Below are positions 18,812 to 27,897 of a stretch of 64,000 bases of DNA, piece after piece (position 1 is the stretch's first letter; each line of letters starts with the position of its first letter). A program made the translations under genes and the position numbers. The notes under the pieces were generated by a model that did not search any database, had not been told where the DNA came from, and saw nothing but the letters and a program-made list of their open reading frames with translations. Origin of the DNA: Candidatus Levyibacteriota bacterium (GTDB lineage: Bacteria; Patescibacteriota; Microgenomatia; Levybacterales; UBA12049); NCBI GenBank assembly GCA_049519175.1, contig JBEKQZ010000002.1, positions 6,782 through 70,781 of the forward strand, read 5' to 3'.

Positions 18812-21313
18812 ATGAGATTATTTAATTTTTGCAACAAAGTCATCGAGTATTCATTTTACTTTCTTTTCTTTCTAATTCCTCTTGCTTTTACCAGTGACAC
18901 CTCGGAGCTATTTGAATTTAACAAACTTTGGCTCACTTTTATTATTACTATTATTATTGGTCTGGCCTGGGCTACTAAGATGATTATCCGCAAAGAGTTC
19001 AAAATCCAGCGCACGCCTTTGGATATTCCCATCGTGCTTTTCTTGATTTCGGAAATTATCTCAAGTTTTCTCTCTTTGGATATGCACGTTTCGCTGTGGG
19101 GCTATTATTCCCGCTTTAACGGTGGACTGTTCTCGATTTTTGCCTACGTTTTTCTCTACTACGCTTTCGTTTCCAATTTGAAGGATGAGGCAAAAGAGGA
19201 AAAGAAAAGTTTTGAATTTAAAAAAGTTTATTTATTTTTAGTCGCTATCGCGGTTTTTATCATCGGGCTGTTGGTTTCTTCACAGATCAAAAATCCGGAT
19301 TTGGCAGGAGTTCCCTACCAGGCAATGGCAACTTTAGTCACGGTTATGGCGTCGTTTGCGGTGTTTATGCTGGCCGCGCCGCTTGGAATTTTAAGACGTT
19401 CTCTTTACGCCGTTTTAACTTCCTGTCTGTTGGTAGTTTTGTGGGGATTGCCATCACATTTCGGCTACGACCCAACCTGTCTTTTGTTCCGAGGCACTCT
19501 TGATGTTTCCTGCTGGACTAGTGACTTCCAACCAAAAATCCGCATTTTCTCCACCCTTGGCCAGCCCGACTGGATGGGTGCCTATGTCGCCGCGCTTTTG
19601 CCTTTAATTGCCGCTTTGTTTATTAATTCCCTAAACGACGTTAAGCTGACTTTCAATAGAACATTTTCCTTTTTCAGAACTCACAGTTTTTGGTTGGGTG
19701 TTTCGCTGTTTGCGTTTTTTGCCGCCACTTATGTTGCTTTGATGTATACTCAGTCGCGCTCGGCGATTTTGGCGGTTTGGGCAATTTTGCCGTTATTCAT
19801 ACTCATCTATGGCTGGTTTTATCTTAAACCAAAATTTGACCGCAAAAAATTAAGTTTGAATTTTAAAGTGGCGGTGCTAATTTTCTTATCTGTCGGTATT
19901 ATTCCATTCCTCTTTGGCCAACCTTTTACACAATTAACTAAACTGACGTTGCCCGGCATCGTTGCGGAGATTACCGCCAAACTTACTCCGCCGTCCAAAA
20001 CTACTGTCAAAGCCGCGCCGGCACCTGCGCCGTCGCCGGTTTCCACCGGTGAGCTGGGCGGCACGGATTCCAGCAAAATCAGGCTTTTGGTTTGGAAAGG
20101 CGCCATTGACATTTGGTTGCATAATCCAATTTTTGGCTCTGGTCTGGAAACTTTTGCCTTTGCCTATTATCAATATCGTCCGGCGGCCCACAATATGACT
20201 TCGGAAGCACAATTTCTTTACAACAAGGCACACAATGAGTACTTGAATTATTTAGCTACCACCGGAACCGTCGGTATTGTCACTTATCTTTTAATGATTG
20301 GCGGATTTCTGTTTATTTCTCTTCAGACTCTATTTAAGCGCAGAAAAAACCTGACAGGAGAAGATTTGCTCGCTTTATCACTTTTGGCCGGATACGGAGC
20401 AATTCTTGCGACTAACTTTTTTGGCTTTTCGGTTGTGATGGTTAACATTTTATTTTACCTTTTCCCCGCTTTTGTCTTTATCCTTCTAGGTAAAATCAGT
20501 TATGACAAAGCCCTTTCTTTTTCTTTAACCAAGAAAGAAAACTATGATTTTAACCTTATACAAAAGATTCTAATAGCGGCCTCTATTTTACTTTGTGCAT
20601 ACTTAATTTATACACTTGTTACTTACTGGAATGCCGACCGCGATTATTATTATGGACTCGGTTATGACAACCCCAGTATTGCTGCTTACGATAAAGCTTA
20701 TCCTTTCTTAAAACAGGCGGTTGCCCAAAGACCAAGCGAACCGACTTTTCTTGATGAATTCGCCTATAATAACGCCGTTTTGGGAGCATCATTTTTACAA
20801 GAAGCCGGACAGCCAAATCAACAGAACCAATCCCAAAACTTGCAAATCGCCCAGCAATTAATCAATACCGCTATCGCCGACACCAACCAAGTGACTATGG
20901 AACATCCTAATGACGTTGTTTTCTGGAAAACCAAAGTTCGGATTTTTTATACTCTCTCGCAAGTTAATCCTGCCTATTTTCCGCAGGCGCTTGCGGCAGT
21001 TAAAAAAGCTGCCCAACTAGCTCCGACCGACGCCGTTGTTTCCTATAATCTAGGCATTATTTATGGGCAAAATGGTGATTTTAAAGACGCCGTCGCCACT
21101 TTGCAAAACACGATTAAATTAAAACCGGACTATAACGAAGCCTATTACGCCTTGGGAATTTTCTATCATCAGCTAGCAATTGATAAAAACGGCAAAGTTG
21201 TCAACCAAAATTACAACCAAAAAGCCATTGCCGAAATGAAACTCCTGATTAAGTATTTCGGGCCAAACCAACAAGCGTCCGAAGCCATCAAAACCTGGGG
21301 CGGAGGAAAATAG
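18812..21313 (+). CDS. O-antigen ligase (Wzy_C) family polytopic membrane protein with a C-terminal TPR-repeat domain
   Basis: It has more than 10 TM helices and the Wzy_C-like motif KAHNEYLNYLATTGTVGIVTYLLM. A Pro/Ala-rich linker (AAPAPAPSPVS) and C-terminal TPR repeats (AYYALGIFYHQ) follow. Confidence 0.7.
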   Translation: MRLFNFCNKVIEYSFYFLFFLIPLAFTSDTSELFEFNKLWLTFIITIIIGLAWATKMIIRKEFKIQRTPLDIPIVLFLISEIISSFLSLDMHVSLWGYYSRFNGGLFSIFAYVFLYYAFVSNLKDEAKEEKKSFEFKKVYLFLVAIAVFIIGLLVSSQIKNPDLAGVPYQAMATLVTVMASFAVFMLAAPLGILRRSLYAVLTSCLLVVLWGLPSHFGYDPTCLLFRGTLDVSCWTSDFQPKIRIFSTLGQPDWMGAYVAALLPLIAALFINSLNDVKLTFNRTFSFFRTHSFWLGVSLFAFFAATYVALMYTQSRSAILAVWAILPLFILIYGWFYLKPKFDRKKLSLNFKVAVLIFLSVGIIPFLFGQPFTQLTKLTLPGIVAEITAKLTPPSKTTVKAAPAPAPSPVSTGELGGTDSSKIRLLVWKGAIDIWLHNPIFGSGLETFAFAYYQYRPAAHNMTSEAQFLYNKAHNEYLNYLATTGTVGIVTYLLMIGGFLFISLQTLFKRRKNLTGEDLLALSLLAGYGAILATNFFGFSVVMVNILFYLFPAFVFILLGKISYDKALSFSLTKKENYDFNLIQKILIAASILLCAYLIYTLVTYWNADRDYYYGLGYDNPSIAAYDKAYPFLKQAVAQRPSEPTFLDEFAYNNAVLGASFLQEAGQPNQQNQSQNLQIAQQLINTAIADTNQVTMEHPNDVVFWKTKVRIFYTLSQVNPAYFPQALAAVKKAAQLAPTDAVVSYNLGIIYGQNGDFKDAVATLQNTIKLKPDYNEAYYALGIFYHQLAIDKNGKVVNQNYNQKAIAEMKLLIKYFGPNQQASEAIKTWGGGK

Positions 21314-21363
21314 TATTTTCCGAGCCCGCTTGCAAACCCGCAGGTTTGACAAGGGAGGGGAAA

Positions 21364-21400
21364 ATAAACCTCCGATTAGAAAAAAGTGAGGCTATCGTGT
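21364..21400 (+). promoter_or_regulatory. def-fmt promoter candidate with an extended -10 (TGTATAAT)
   Basis: TTAGAA-N18-TGTATAAT ends 13 nt before the def ATG. Confidence 0.4.
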
Positions 21401-21412
21401 ATAATCTAAAAC

Positions 21413-21955
21413 ATGTTAGCAATCGTCAATGCTCCCAACCCTGCTCTGTCCCAAAAAGCCAAGCCGGTTGCCAAGGTCGACCAAACAATTTTGAATTTGG
21501 TTAGACAGATGGAAGAAGCGTTAGATGTCGCTATCGACCCGATTGGTGTAGGACTGGCCGCTCCCCAAGTCGGCAGAAATCTGGCGATTTTTGTAATAAA
21601 ACCCTCGCCAAAGTCTAAGCTGCAGGCCTTTATTAACCCCAAAATTACTAAGATTGAAAATCAAACAGTCGGCAAAACTAAGGGTAAATCAAAAAAGCTG
21701 GAAGGTTGTCTATCACTTAAGGATATTTGGGGTGAAGTAGAAAGAGCCAAAGCGGTTTGGCTGGAATATACGGATGAAACCGGAAAAACGCACCACAAAA
21801 AATTTACAGGTTTTATTGCTACCATTATTCAACACGAGGTTGACCACTTAAACGGGGTTTTATTCCCCAAAAGAGTTTTGGAACAAAAAGGCACGCTTTA
21901 CGAATCAAAGAAAAATTCTAAAGGCGAAGACATATTTGAGGAACTTACAATCTAG
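21413..21955 (+). CDS. def: peptide deformylase
   Basis: GVGLAAPQVG, EGCLSL and HEVDHLNG metal-binding motifs. Confidence 0.95.
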   Translation: MLAIVNAPNPALSQKAKPVAKVDQTILNLVRQMEEALDVAIDPIGVGLAAPQVGRNLAIFVIKPSPKSKLQAFINPKITKIENQTVGKTKGKSKKLEGCLSLKDIWGEVERAKAVWLEYTDETGKTHHKKFTGFIATIIQHEVDHLNGVLFPKRVLEQKGTLYESKKNSKGEDIFEELTI

Positions 21956-21987
21956 AATATTGACCACTGATTGTTTATAATTGACTA

Positions 21988-22806
21988 ATGAAAATTGTCT
22001 TTTTCGGCAATACTAAACACTCATTGATTGGCGCAAAAATTCTTCATAAAGAACTTGCGTTGTCTTTGGTTGTAACAATTCCCAATAGTCCTTTAGAAAA
22101 ATTTGCCAGTGAAGAAAATATTCCCTGCTTGCTTGTAACCAAATTGAACGACGAGGAAATTGCGAAAATTGCGGCTGTTGAACCAGATTTTCTGGTAGTT
22201 GAAGATTACGGTTTAATTCTACCAACTAAACTGCTTGAGCTACCAACATATGCCAGCTTAAATATTCACCATTCGCTTCTGCCAAAATATCGAGGACCAT
22301 CACCTGCTCCGGCGGCAATTTTAAATGGCGATAAAATTTCTGGAGTTTCGATAATAAAAATGAGCGCCAAAGTTGACGCCGGAGATATCTTTGCACAAAC
22401 AGAATATGTTTTAAAATCAAATGAAACAACTGATTCCCTACTGAACGAGTTAAATTTATTGGGCGGAGAATTGGCGGTTTTAGTAATTAACAACATTTTA
22501 CAAAACAGGGCAAAAGCAATTCCACAAGACGAAAGCAAAGCTACTTTTACCAAATATATGCAAAAATCCGACGGTTTTATCGACTTATCAAATATTGAAA
22601 TTGAAGAAATTGATAGAAAGATAAGAGCTTATTTCCCCTGGCCGGGAGTCTGGAGCAAGGTGGCTTTGAACGGAGATGAACAGAAAATCGTTAAGTTTTT
22701 GCCAAATAAACTGATTCAAGTGGAAGGAAAAAAAGAAATGAGCTATAAAGATTTTTTAAACGGCTATCCAAACACCGACAAAAACCTGATTGAGTTTCTA
22801 AAATAA
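21988..22806 (+). CDS. fmt: methionyl-tRNA formyltransferase
   Basis: The N-terminus is MKIVFFGN, with the formyltransferase motifs NIHHSLLPKYRG and KVDAGDI. Confidence 0.95.
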   Translation: MKIVFFGNTKHSLIGAKILHKELALSLVVTIPNSPLEKFASEENIPCLLVTKLNDEEIAKIAAVEPDFLVVEDYGLILPTKLLELPTYASLNIHHSLLPKYRGPSPAPAAILNGDKISGVSIIKMSAKVDAGDIFAQTEYVLKSNETTDSLLNELNLLGGELAVLVINNILQNRAKAIPQDESKATFTKYMQKSDGFIDLSNIEIEEIDRKIRAYFPWPGVWSKVALNGDEQKIVKFLPNKLIQVEGKKEMSYKDFLNGYPNTDKNLIEFLK

Positions 22807-22810
22807 CAGA

Positions 22811-22911
22811 GGGGTGGTGCGACTGGAAGGGCTCCCGACAGCGTGGATCGCATTCGCCGCGAAGCAAGACCGCGAGAACCCTGGCGGGAATGAAATCGAC
22901 GACAGGACCCC
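22811..22911 (+). ncRNA. structured repeat family 1, copy A (GGGGUGGUGCGA...GGAAGGGCUCCCGACAGCG...CUGGCGGGA...GACAGGACCCC)
   Basis: It shares conserved blocks with copies at 48194-48285 and 53914-54004. It sits in the convergent gap between fmt and rpmB. Its P2 and P4 regions diverge more than the other two copies. Confidence 0.55.
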
Positions 22912-22917
22912 GAGAGG

Positions 22918-23160
22918 TTAAGCTGCGGCTACGACTGGAGTGACTTCTGGAGCAATATCTATAGATTTGATATTAGCAGTTGCGCCTTTAAATTTTCGCA
23001 CGCACTTGGTGCAAAGTCTGACTTTCTTGGCTGTTCCGCCGACAATAATCCGAGCGCTGTGCAAGTTCGGTTTAAAGATTTTTCTGGTTCGGTTTTTGGC
23101 ATGGGAAACGTTGTGTCCATACATTACTCCCTTGCCGCAATTAAAACATATCGCTGCCAT
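22918..23160 (-). CDS. rpmB: 50S ribosomal protein L28
   Basis: C..CGK...G.NVSHAKNRTRKIFKPNLHS matches the L28 signature. 80 aa. Confidence 0.85.
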   Translation of the reverse strand: MAAICFNCGKGVMYGHNVSHAKNRTRKIFKPNLHSARIIVGGTAKKVRLCTKCVRKFKGATANIKSIDIAPEVTPVVAAA

Positions 23161-23208
23161 AGATAATTTCCTAGGTTAATAGTATACTAAAAAATAGGAA
23201 ATTTTACA

Positions 23209-23856
23209 ATGGACTTACTGTTAGGACTAGTTACTTTAATAATTTTGGTCTACTCGGCGATTTTGCATGAAATCGCCCACGGCTTTGTGGCGGAAAGATT
23301 AGGTGACCCGACCGCCCGGCTGATGGGCAGGCTGACTTTGAACCCAAAAAGCCACATTGATCCGTTTATGAGCATTTTGGTTCCGCTACTGCTGATTATT
23401 TCCGGCTCGCCGGTCATTTTCGGCGCCGCCAAACCGGTGCCTGTTGACCCGTTTAATTTCCGCGAGCCCAAAAAAGATATGGCTTTAGTTTCGCTGGCCG
23501 GTCCGGGCACCAATTTATTGATTGCACTTGTTTTTTCGCTAATCTGTCATTTGCTTTTCCCCGGACTTTCTTTTGACGTCATCAGAAGCGGCGGCATAAT
23601 CGGTTTTCTCTTGGGAACGGTTGTCTATATCAACTTGCTGCTGGCGATTTTTAATTTAATTCCAATTCCCCCACTCGACGGTTCAAAAATTTTTGCACTG
23701 ATACTTCCCGACCGCGAAGCAGCAGTTTATTTATCTATCGGCACGTTCGGAATTTTGATTATCTTTTTACTGCTGGTTTTCCCCATCGGCGGCCTTTCTT
23801 TAGGAGACTTGATGTCGAATTTACTTAACTTCTCCTTGCGGTTGCTGGGGCTGTGA
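23209..23856 (+). CDS. site-2 protease (peptidase M50) family membrane metalloprotease
   Basis: HEIAHG is the HExxH zinc motif inside a TM helix. The second motif is NLIPIPPLDGSKI. Confidence 0.8.
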   Translation: MDLLLGLVTLIILVYSAILHEIAHGFVAERLGDPTARLMGRLTLNPKSHIDPFMSILVPLLLIISGSPVIFGAAKPVPVDPFNFREPKKDMALVSLAGPGTNLLIALVFSLICHLLFPGLSFDVIRSGGIIGFLLGTVVYINLLLAIFNLIPIPPLDGSKIFALILPDREAAVYLSIGTFGILIIFLLLVFPIGGLSLGDLMSNLLNFSLRLLGL

Positions 23857-24546
23857 TAGAACACTTCTAACTCTTTCCCATCTACTTGGTTTGGCTGACT
23901 GTAGTTTTGTTTCCGGAATCGTTTGGACTTCTACCGGTGGTTGCTCGGTCGTAATCGGTCCATCCGCTTTAATAAAAGAGGCAACTGTATCTTGAAGTAT
24001 TTTATCTTCCGGCAACAATTTTATATCCGTCACATCTCTTACGGGTATTGGTTTCCCGATATCTCCCCTGTTAATTCCGAACGTTGGACCAACCCCTAGC
24101 GAGCCTGCTCCGACAATTCCTACTGCCTGCGTTCTATTTTTTTCATCACAAAAGATGAAAGTCTTTCCCGCGCCGACGTGAAACTCAAAATTTTCTACTG
24201 AAAAAGGCCAAGGTAAGATATCTTCTGGATGGGCCGCATGATAATCATTCGCCTTGAAAACATCCGGAGCATGCGAGCCAGAGCGATATTTTTCACCTAT
24301 AACCTCTGATCCGGGCCCAAAAGCATCTCCGTCAGACATTTTGGCCGGACGGATAAGTCCCCTTCTTTCCAAAACCACGTCAAGCATATGGTTTGTACCT
24401 TCGATGTAAGCCACAACTTCACGGTCTCTTTCTGGTGCTTTTACTTCTTTTGGATGTTTGTTGATATCTTGAGGTCTAAGACCTAAAGCTATGTCTGCCT
24501 TCGTCAGCTGTCTTGGTGATGACCCGGCCGGTTTAGTTTCTGCCAT
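23821..24546 (-). CDS. hypothetical protein (241 aa)
   Basis: The ORF overlaps the M50 gene 3' end by 36 nt, convergently. No motif. Confidence 0.5.
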   Translation of the reverse strand: MAETKPAGSSPRQLTKADIALGLRPQDINKHPKEVKAPERDREVVAYIEGTNHMLDVVLERRGLIRPAKMSDGDAFGPGSEVIGEKYRSGSHAPDVFKANDYHAAHPEDILPWPFSVENFEFHVGAGKTFIFCDEKNRTQAVGIVGAGSLGVGPTFGINRGDIGKPIPVRDVTDIKLLPEDKILQDTVASFIKADGPITTEQPPVEVQTIPETKLQSAKPSRWERVRSVLSQPQQPQGEVK

Positions 24547-24641
24547 AGCACTATCTTAAACAAATCTTATAGCTAATGTCAATTAGCAGGCTACTGTTCA
24601 TGCTCGCTACGTTAACGAGCGACTGCGAGCTGAACGCGTAG

Positions 24642-24712
24642 CAGGCCAGGAGGGAATCGAACCCCCAACAGAGGTTTTGGAGACCTCAGTTATGCCATTT
24701 AACTACTGGCCT
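24642..24712 (-). tRNA. tRNA-Trp (anticodon CCA)
   Basis: Reverse complement AGGCCAGTAGTTAAATGGCATAACTGAGGTCTCCAAAACCTCTGTTGGGGGTTCGATTCCCTCCTGGCCTG. The 7-bp acceptor is AGGCCAG/CTGGCCT, the anticodon loop is CUCCAAA, the T-loop is TTCGATT, and the discriminator is G. Confidence 0.9.
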
Positions 24713-24761
24713 ATGCTGCTATTATACTGGGAATAAAAGAATCTATCAATCGCGGAGAGAA

Positions 24762-24938
24762 CTATTTTAACTTTTCGTTTTCTTTGTGGTCGGTAACTTT
24801 TCTGCAGTGCTTGCAATATTTCTTTAATAATAACTTTTCCTCCGTATTAAGCTTATTTCTGGTCGTGACATAATTCCTGTTTTTGCAAACAGTGCAAACA
24901 AGACCTAAAGTTACCCTGTGTTCTCCCTTTTTTGCCAT
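24762..24938 (-). CDS. rpmG: 50S ribosomal protein L33 (58 aa; below the ORF-track length cut-off)
   Basis: My own translation is MAKKGEHRVTLGLVCTVCKNRNYVTTRNKLNTEEKLLLKKYCKHCRKVTDHKENEKLK*. It has the Cys4 zinc-ribbon pattern of L33. Position between tRNA-Thr and tRNA-Trp matches the common tuf-rpmG-trpT-secE arrangement. Confidence 0.85.
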   Translation of the reverse strand: MAKKGEHRVTLGLVCTVCKNRNYVTTRNKLNTEEKLLLKKYCKHCRKVTDHKENEKLK

Positions 24939-24986
24939 AATCGCTATCTTAGCAGAAACTCCTCTGAATTTGAAGAGCTAATATTG

Positions 24987-25058
24987 AGCCGGCTGTGGGA
25001 ATCGAACCCACGATCTAGTCATTACCAATGACTTGCTCTGCCACTGAGCCAAGCCGGC
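24987..25058 (-). tRNA. tRNA-Thr (anticodon GGU)
   Basis: Reverse complement GCCGGCTTGGCTCAGTGGCAGAGCAAGTCATTGGTAATGACTTAGATCGTGGGTTCGATTCCCACAGCCGGCT. The arms are canonical and the anticodon loop is AUUGGUAA. Confidence 0.9.
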
Positions 25059-25073
25059 CCGTCCCACGGTCAG

Positions 25074-25157
25074 TGCTGGGTGAGGGACTCGAACCCCCGC
25101 AGACCTTACGGTCATCTGGTCTACAGCCAGAGGCGATTGCCGCTACGCGAACCCAGC
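25074..25157 (-). tRNA. tRNA-Tyr (anticodon GUA), class II with a long variable arm
   Basis: Acceptor GCTGGGT/ACCCAGC, anticodon loop CUGUAGA, and a 15-nt variable arm TGACCGTAAGGTCTG. Confidence 0.9.
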
Positions 25158-25197
25158 AAGCCTACTAATTCTACACAATTTATGACTAAAAGTGAAG

Positions 25198-25971
25198 TTA
25201 ATTCTCCCAAAAATCAATAAGAGGTTTATAATTAGCTTCAATTTCTTTATATTCAACTTTAGATAATATTTCAAGTTTTATCTTGGGAAATTTCTTCCGG
25301 AATAATTTATCTCTTTCCAAAGAATAGTTATTCATAAAATTTTTTACTTCTATATACAAATCTTCAATCGGTAAATAAAAATCGGGTCTGTAAGTGTGTT
25401 GCCCAAGATCAAAAATCTTAGGCCCGTATTGCCACGTAACTCCTACTAAATTAAAAACGCGTGCGATATTGGCTTCCCAAGTACTATAAAAGCATATGCT
25501 TGAGTTTATATCGAGCCTTATGCCGGGTTTGCCTTTAGAGGCTTTTGGAGAGGTAGTTAATCTCCCAATTGTATATATTGCACATTTATTGCTGCAATAT
25601 TTTCTTTTAGAAGCAACGTAGGGTAGAATTGTAAATTCCTTTTTGCAACATAGGCAAACTTTTGTAATTCGTTTAACTTTTTTCAATCCCTTGAGCGGAC
25701 TATGAAAGCCTTGCAAAGCTAAAGAAATCTTTCTTTTTGTTTCTTCTGTTTGAAGCCGTTTCGCATTATTAAAAGAGGTGGCGCAGTTTTTGCTACAAAA
25801 TATTTTGGGGTCGCGTGGTTTAACCCAAAACGAGTTCGGACAGTTACCGTTCTTGCAATTTCTAGTCTCAAAGGGCTTTATTTTCTTGGCATATATTCCT
25901 TTTCGCCAATTAGTTTTGCTTATTGCTGACTGTTTTTGCCTGTATCTTAAGTCTGAATAGAAAGAATGCAT
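25198..25971 (-). CDS. homing-endonuclease-like protein: tandem Cys-rich zinc ribbons + NUMOD3-like motif + C-terminal PD-(D/E)XK (Vsr/DUF559-like) nuclease domain
   Basis: Two zinc ribbons: CKNGNCPNSF...CSKNCATSF, and CLCCKKEF...CSNKCAIY. ETKRKISLALQG resembles NUMOD3. The C-terminus YRPDFYLPIEDLYIEVK carries a PD...(D/E)xK motif. The gene sits between tRNA-Thr(UGU) and tRNA-Tyr. Confidence 0.6.
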   Translation of the reverse strand: MHSFYSDLRYRQKQSAISKTNWRKGIYAKKIKPFETRNCKNGNCPNSFWVKPRDPKIFCSKNCATSFNNAKRLQTEETKRKISLALQGFHSPLKGLKKVKRITKVCLCCKKEFTILPYVASKRKYCSNKCAIYTIGRLTTSPKASKGKPGIRLDINSSICFYSTWEANIARVFNLVGVTWQYGPKIFDLGQHTYRPDFYLPIEDLYIEVKNFMNNYSLERDKLFRKKFPKIKLEILSKVEYKEIEANYKPLIDFWEN

Positions 25972-25990
25972 ATACCACTAGCTCAAAATG

Positions 25991-26062
25991 AGCCGATGGG
26001 GAATCTTGCAATCCCGACCCATGCTTTACAAAAGCATTGCTCTACTTCTGAGCTACATCGGC
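25991..26062 (-). tRNA. tRNA-Thr (anticodon UGU) with a non-canonical T-loop, possibly a pseudo-tRNA
   Basis: Reverse complement GCCGATGTAGCTCAGAAGTAGAGCAATGCTTTTGTAAAGCATGGGTCGGGATTGCAAGATTCCCCATCGGCT. The acceptor, D and anticodon arms are good (loop UUUGUAA). The T-loop is UGCAAGA (G at position 55) and the D-loop lacks GG. Confidence 0.5.
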
Positions 26063-26396
26063 TGACGCTTTGATTTTATCAAAAACAGTACGAAGAAGAA
26101 AGCCCTCGGGGGCAAAAAGCAGAAATTACGATAAATTCGTCCTCGGTATCGAGATAAATTGATGTTTCCCCGAACTTATAAGCGGGTGGGCTCAATCTGT
26201 TCCACACGAGAACATGATAATTCGCCCTGTCTTCCGAAAATCGGAATACCCCAAGCTCAGTGAACCTGTAGAGGAAAATCTTACCAACTACCTCAAATAC
26301 CAAAGAACATATTTAGTATAAAGTGAACTTTCCACGCTGTCAACTTGACAATGGGTGTATAATCAAAAACTTTCTGTGTTATAATCGTCTTGCAAA

Positions 26397-27848
26397 ATGC
26401 TTGAGAGAGAAGATTTCTCCAACTTTGCCCGCGATAACCGCTTCGCACGGGAAGCTCCAAGGGAACTAAATGAAAAATGCGCAGTTTTCGGCATTATTAA
26501 TAAAGACGCAGCAATGCTGACCAACATGGGACTGTTTGCCCTCCAGCACCGTGGACAGGAAAGTTCGGGAATTTCCGTTTCGGATGGCGATGAAATCAAA
26601 ACGCGTAAAGCAGGTGGGTTGGTTGCTCAAGTCTATAGCGAACAAGATTTGGCAAGGCTTGAAGGTTCAATGGCCGTCGGACACAACCGCTACGGCACTT
26701 CCACAAAAGAAACTGCCGAGAAACACGCTCAACCCGTTCTTAATGACTCTCAAACTTTAGCTTTAGTTCATAATGGCAACCTGCCCGATACAACCAAATT
26801 GGAAGCATTTTTAAGCGAACAAGGCATTTCTCCCGACAGACTAAATGATAGCGAAATGATGCACGCGGCAATCGCCTATTTTGTTGACAGAGGAGCAACT
26901 TTAGAAAATGCAGTTTACGACGCTGTTCCATATTTTACCGGCTCTTTTTCTTTTTTGGCGATGGATAAGGAAAAAATTGTGGCTGTCCGCGACCAGCGCG
27001 GTATCCGGCCGCTTTCGATTGGACTGCTAAACGGCGGCTATATTTTTTCTTCGGAAACTTGCGCCATTGACATGCTGGGCGCCAAATACGTTCGCGATGT
27101 TGCTCCCGGAGAAATGGTTATCGCTCCCAAAGACGGCGGATTATTTTCAACCAATTTTGCAAAGGGAGAACAAAGACTGGACATTTTTGAATTTGTTTAT
27201 TTTTCCAGACCCGACAGTTATCTTTTAGGACAAAATGTCGACATAGTAAGAGAAAAGTTTGGCGAAACCCTATGGGAAGAAAACCACGTTAGAGGCGATA
27301 TTGTTGTTTCCGTTCTTGATTCCGGCACGCCGGCCGCCCAAGGATATGCGGCTGCGTCAGGTATTCCCTACAGAGATGGTCTTGTGAAAACCCGTTATGC
27401 GCCCCGGACTTTTATTCAACCCGGACAAGACCAACGCGTGCAAGCAGTCAGGATGAAACTTAATCCATTAAAAGAGGTTATCAAAGATAAAAGTTTAATC
27501 GTTGTCGATGACTCAATCGTCCGGGGCACAACGGCTCGGGCAATCGTCGCGCTTTTACGCCAAGCCGGCGCAAGAGAAGTGCATATGATGATTACTTCCC
27601 CACCGGTAAAATTTCCCGATTTTTATGGCATCGACACACCCAGACAAAGCGATTTAATTGCCGCTCAAAGAAGCATCGATGAAGTTCGCCGCTTTATTGG
27701 CGCCGATTCGCTTAACTATCTATCTTATGACGGAATGATTAAAGCCACAGGAATTCCCGAAGAGCGCTTCTCTACTGCTTGCTTTACAGGCATTTACCCA
27801 ATCGACATCGGCAAAAGAAAACAAGAAATTAGTTTCCATCCTCAATAA
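26397..27848 (+). CDS. purF: amidophosphoribosyltransferase
   Basis: Ntn-amidotransferase N-terminus with the catalytic Cys in EKCAVFGI after a propeptide. Also LQHRGQESSGI and the PRTase motif VVDDSIVRGTT. Confidence 0.9.
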   Translation: MLEREDFSNFARDNRFAREAPRELNEKCAVFGIINKDAAMLTNMGLFALQHRGQESSGISVSDGDEIKTRKAGGLVAQVYSEQDLARLEGSMAVGHNRYGTSTKETAEKHAQPVLNDSQTLALVHNGNLPDTTKLEAFLSEQGISPDRLNDSEMMHAAIAYFVDRGATLENAVYDAVPYFTGSFSFLAMDKEKIVAVRDQRGIRPLSIGLLNGGYIFSSETCAIDMLGAKYVRDVAPGEMVIAPKDGGLFSTNFAKGEQRLDIFEFVYFSRPDSYLLGQNVDIVREKFGETLWEENHVRGDIVVSVLDSGTPAAQGYAAASGIPYRDGLVKTRYAPRTFIQPGQDQRVQAVRMKLNPLKEVIKDKSLIVVDDSIVRGTTARAIVALLRQAGAREVHMMITSPPVKFPDFYGIDTPRQSDLIAAQRSIDEVRRFIGADSLNYLSYDGMIKATGIPEERFSTACFTGIYPIDIGKRKQEISFHPQ

Positions 27849-27897
27849 TTTTTGCCGCAAACTTTCTTTTCTTTTGCAAAAGTTCTAAACTAGTATT

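Noticed and set aside
19819-20233. Arg-rich ORFs antisense to, or in an alternate frame of, the O-antigen-ligase gene
   Set aside because: They are produced by the Pro/Ala-rich coding segment (GC-rich) read in other frames.
24547-24641. Inverted repeats (GCTACG…CGTAGC, GCTCG…CGAGC) downstream of tRNA-Trp
   Set aside because: They could be a terminator for the tRNA/rpmG transcript. No U-tract follows on the transcribed strand, so I did not call it.
26079-26303. 74-aa minus ORF between tRNA-Thr(UGU) and purF
   Set aside because: It has no RBS and an odd composition. The region more likely holds the purF promoter. I keep it only as a possibility.
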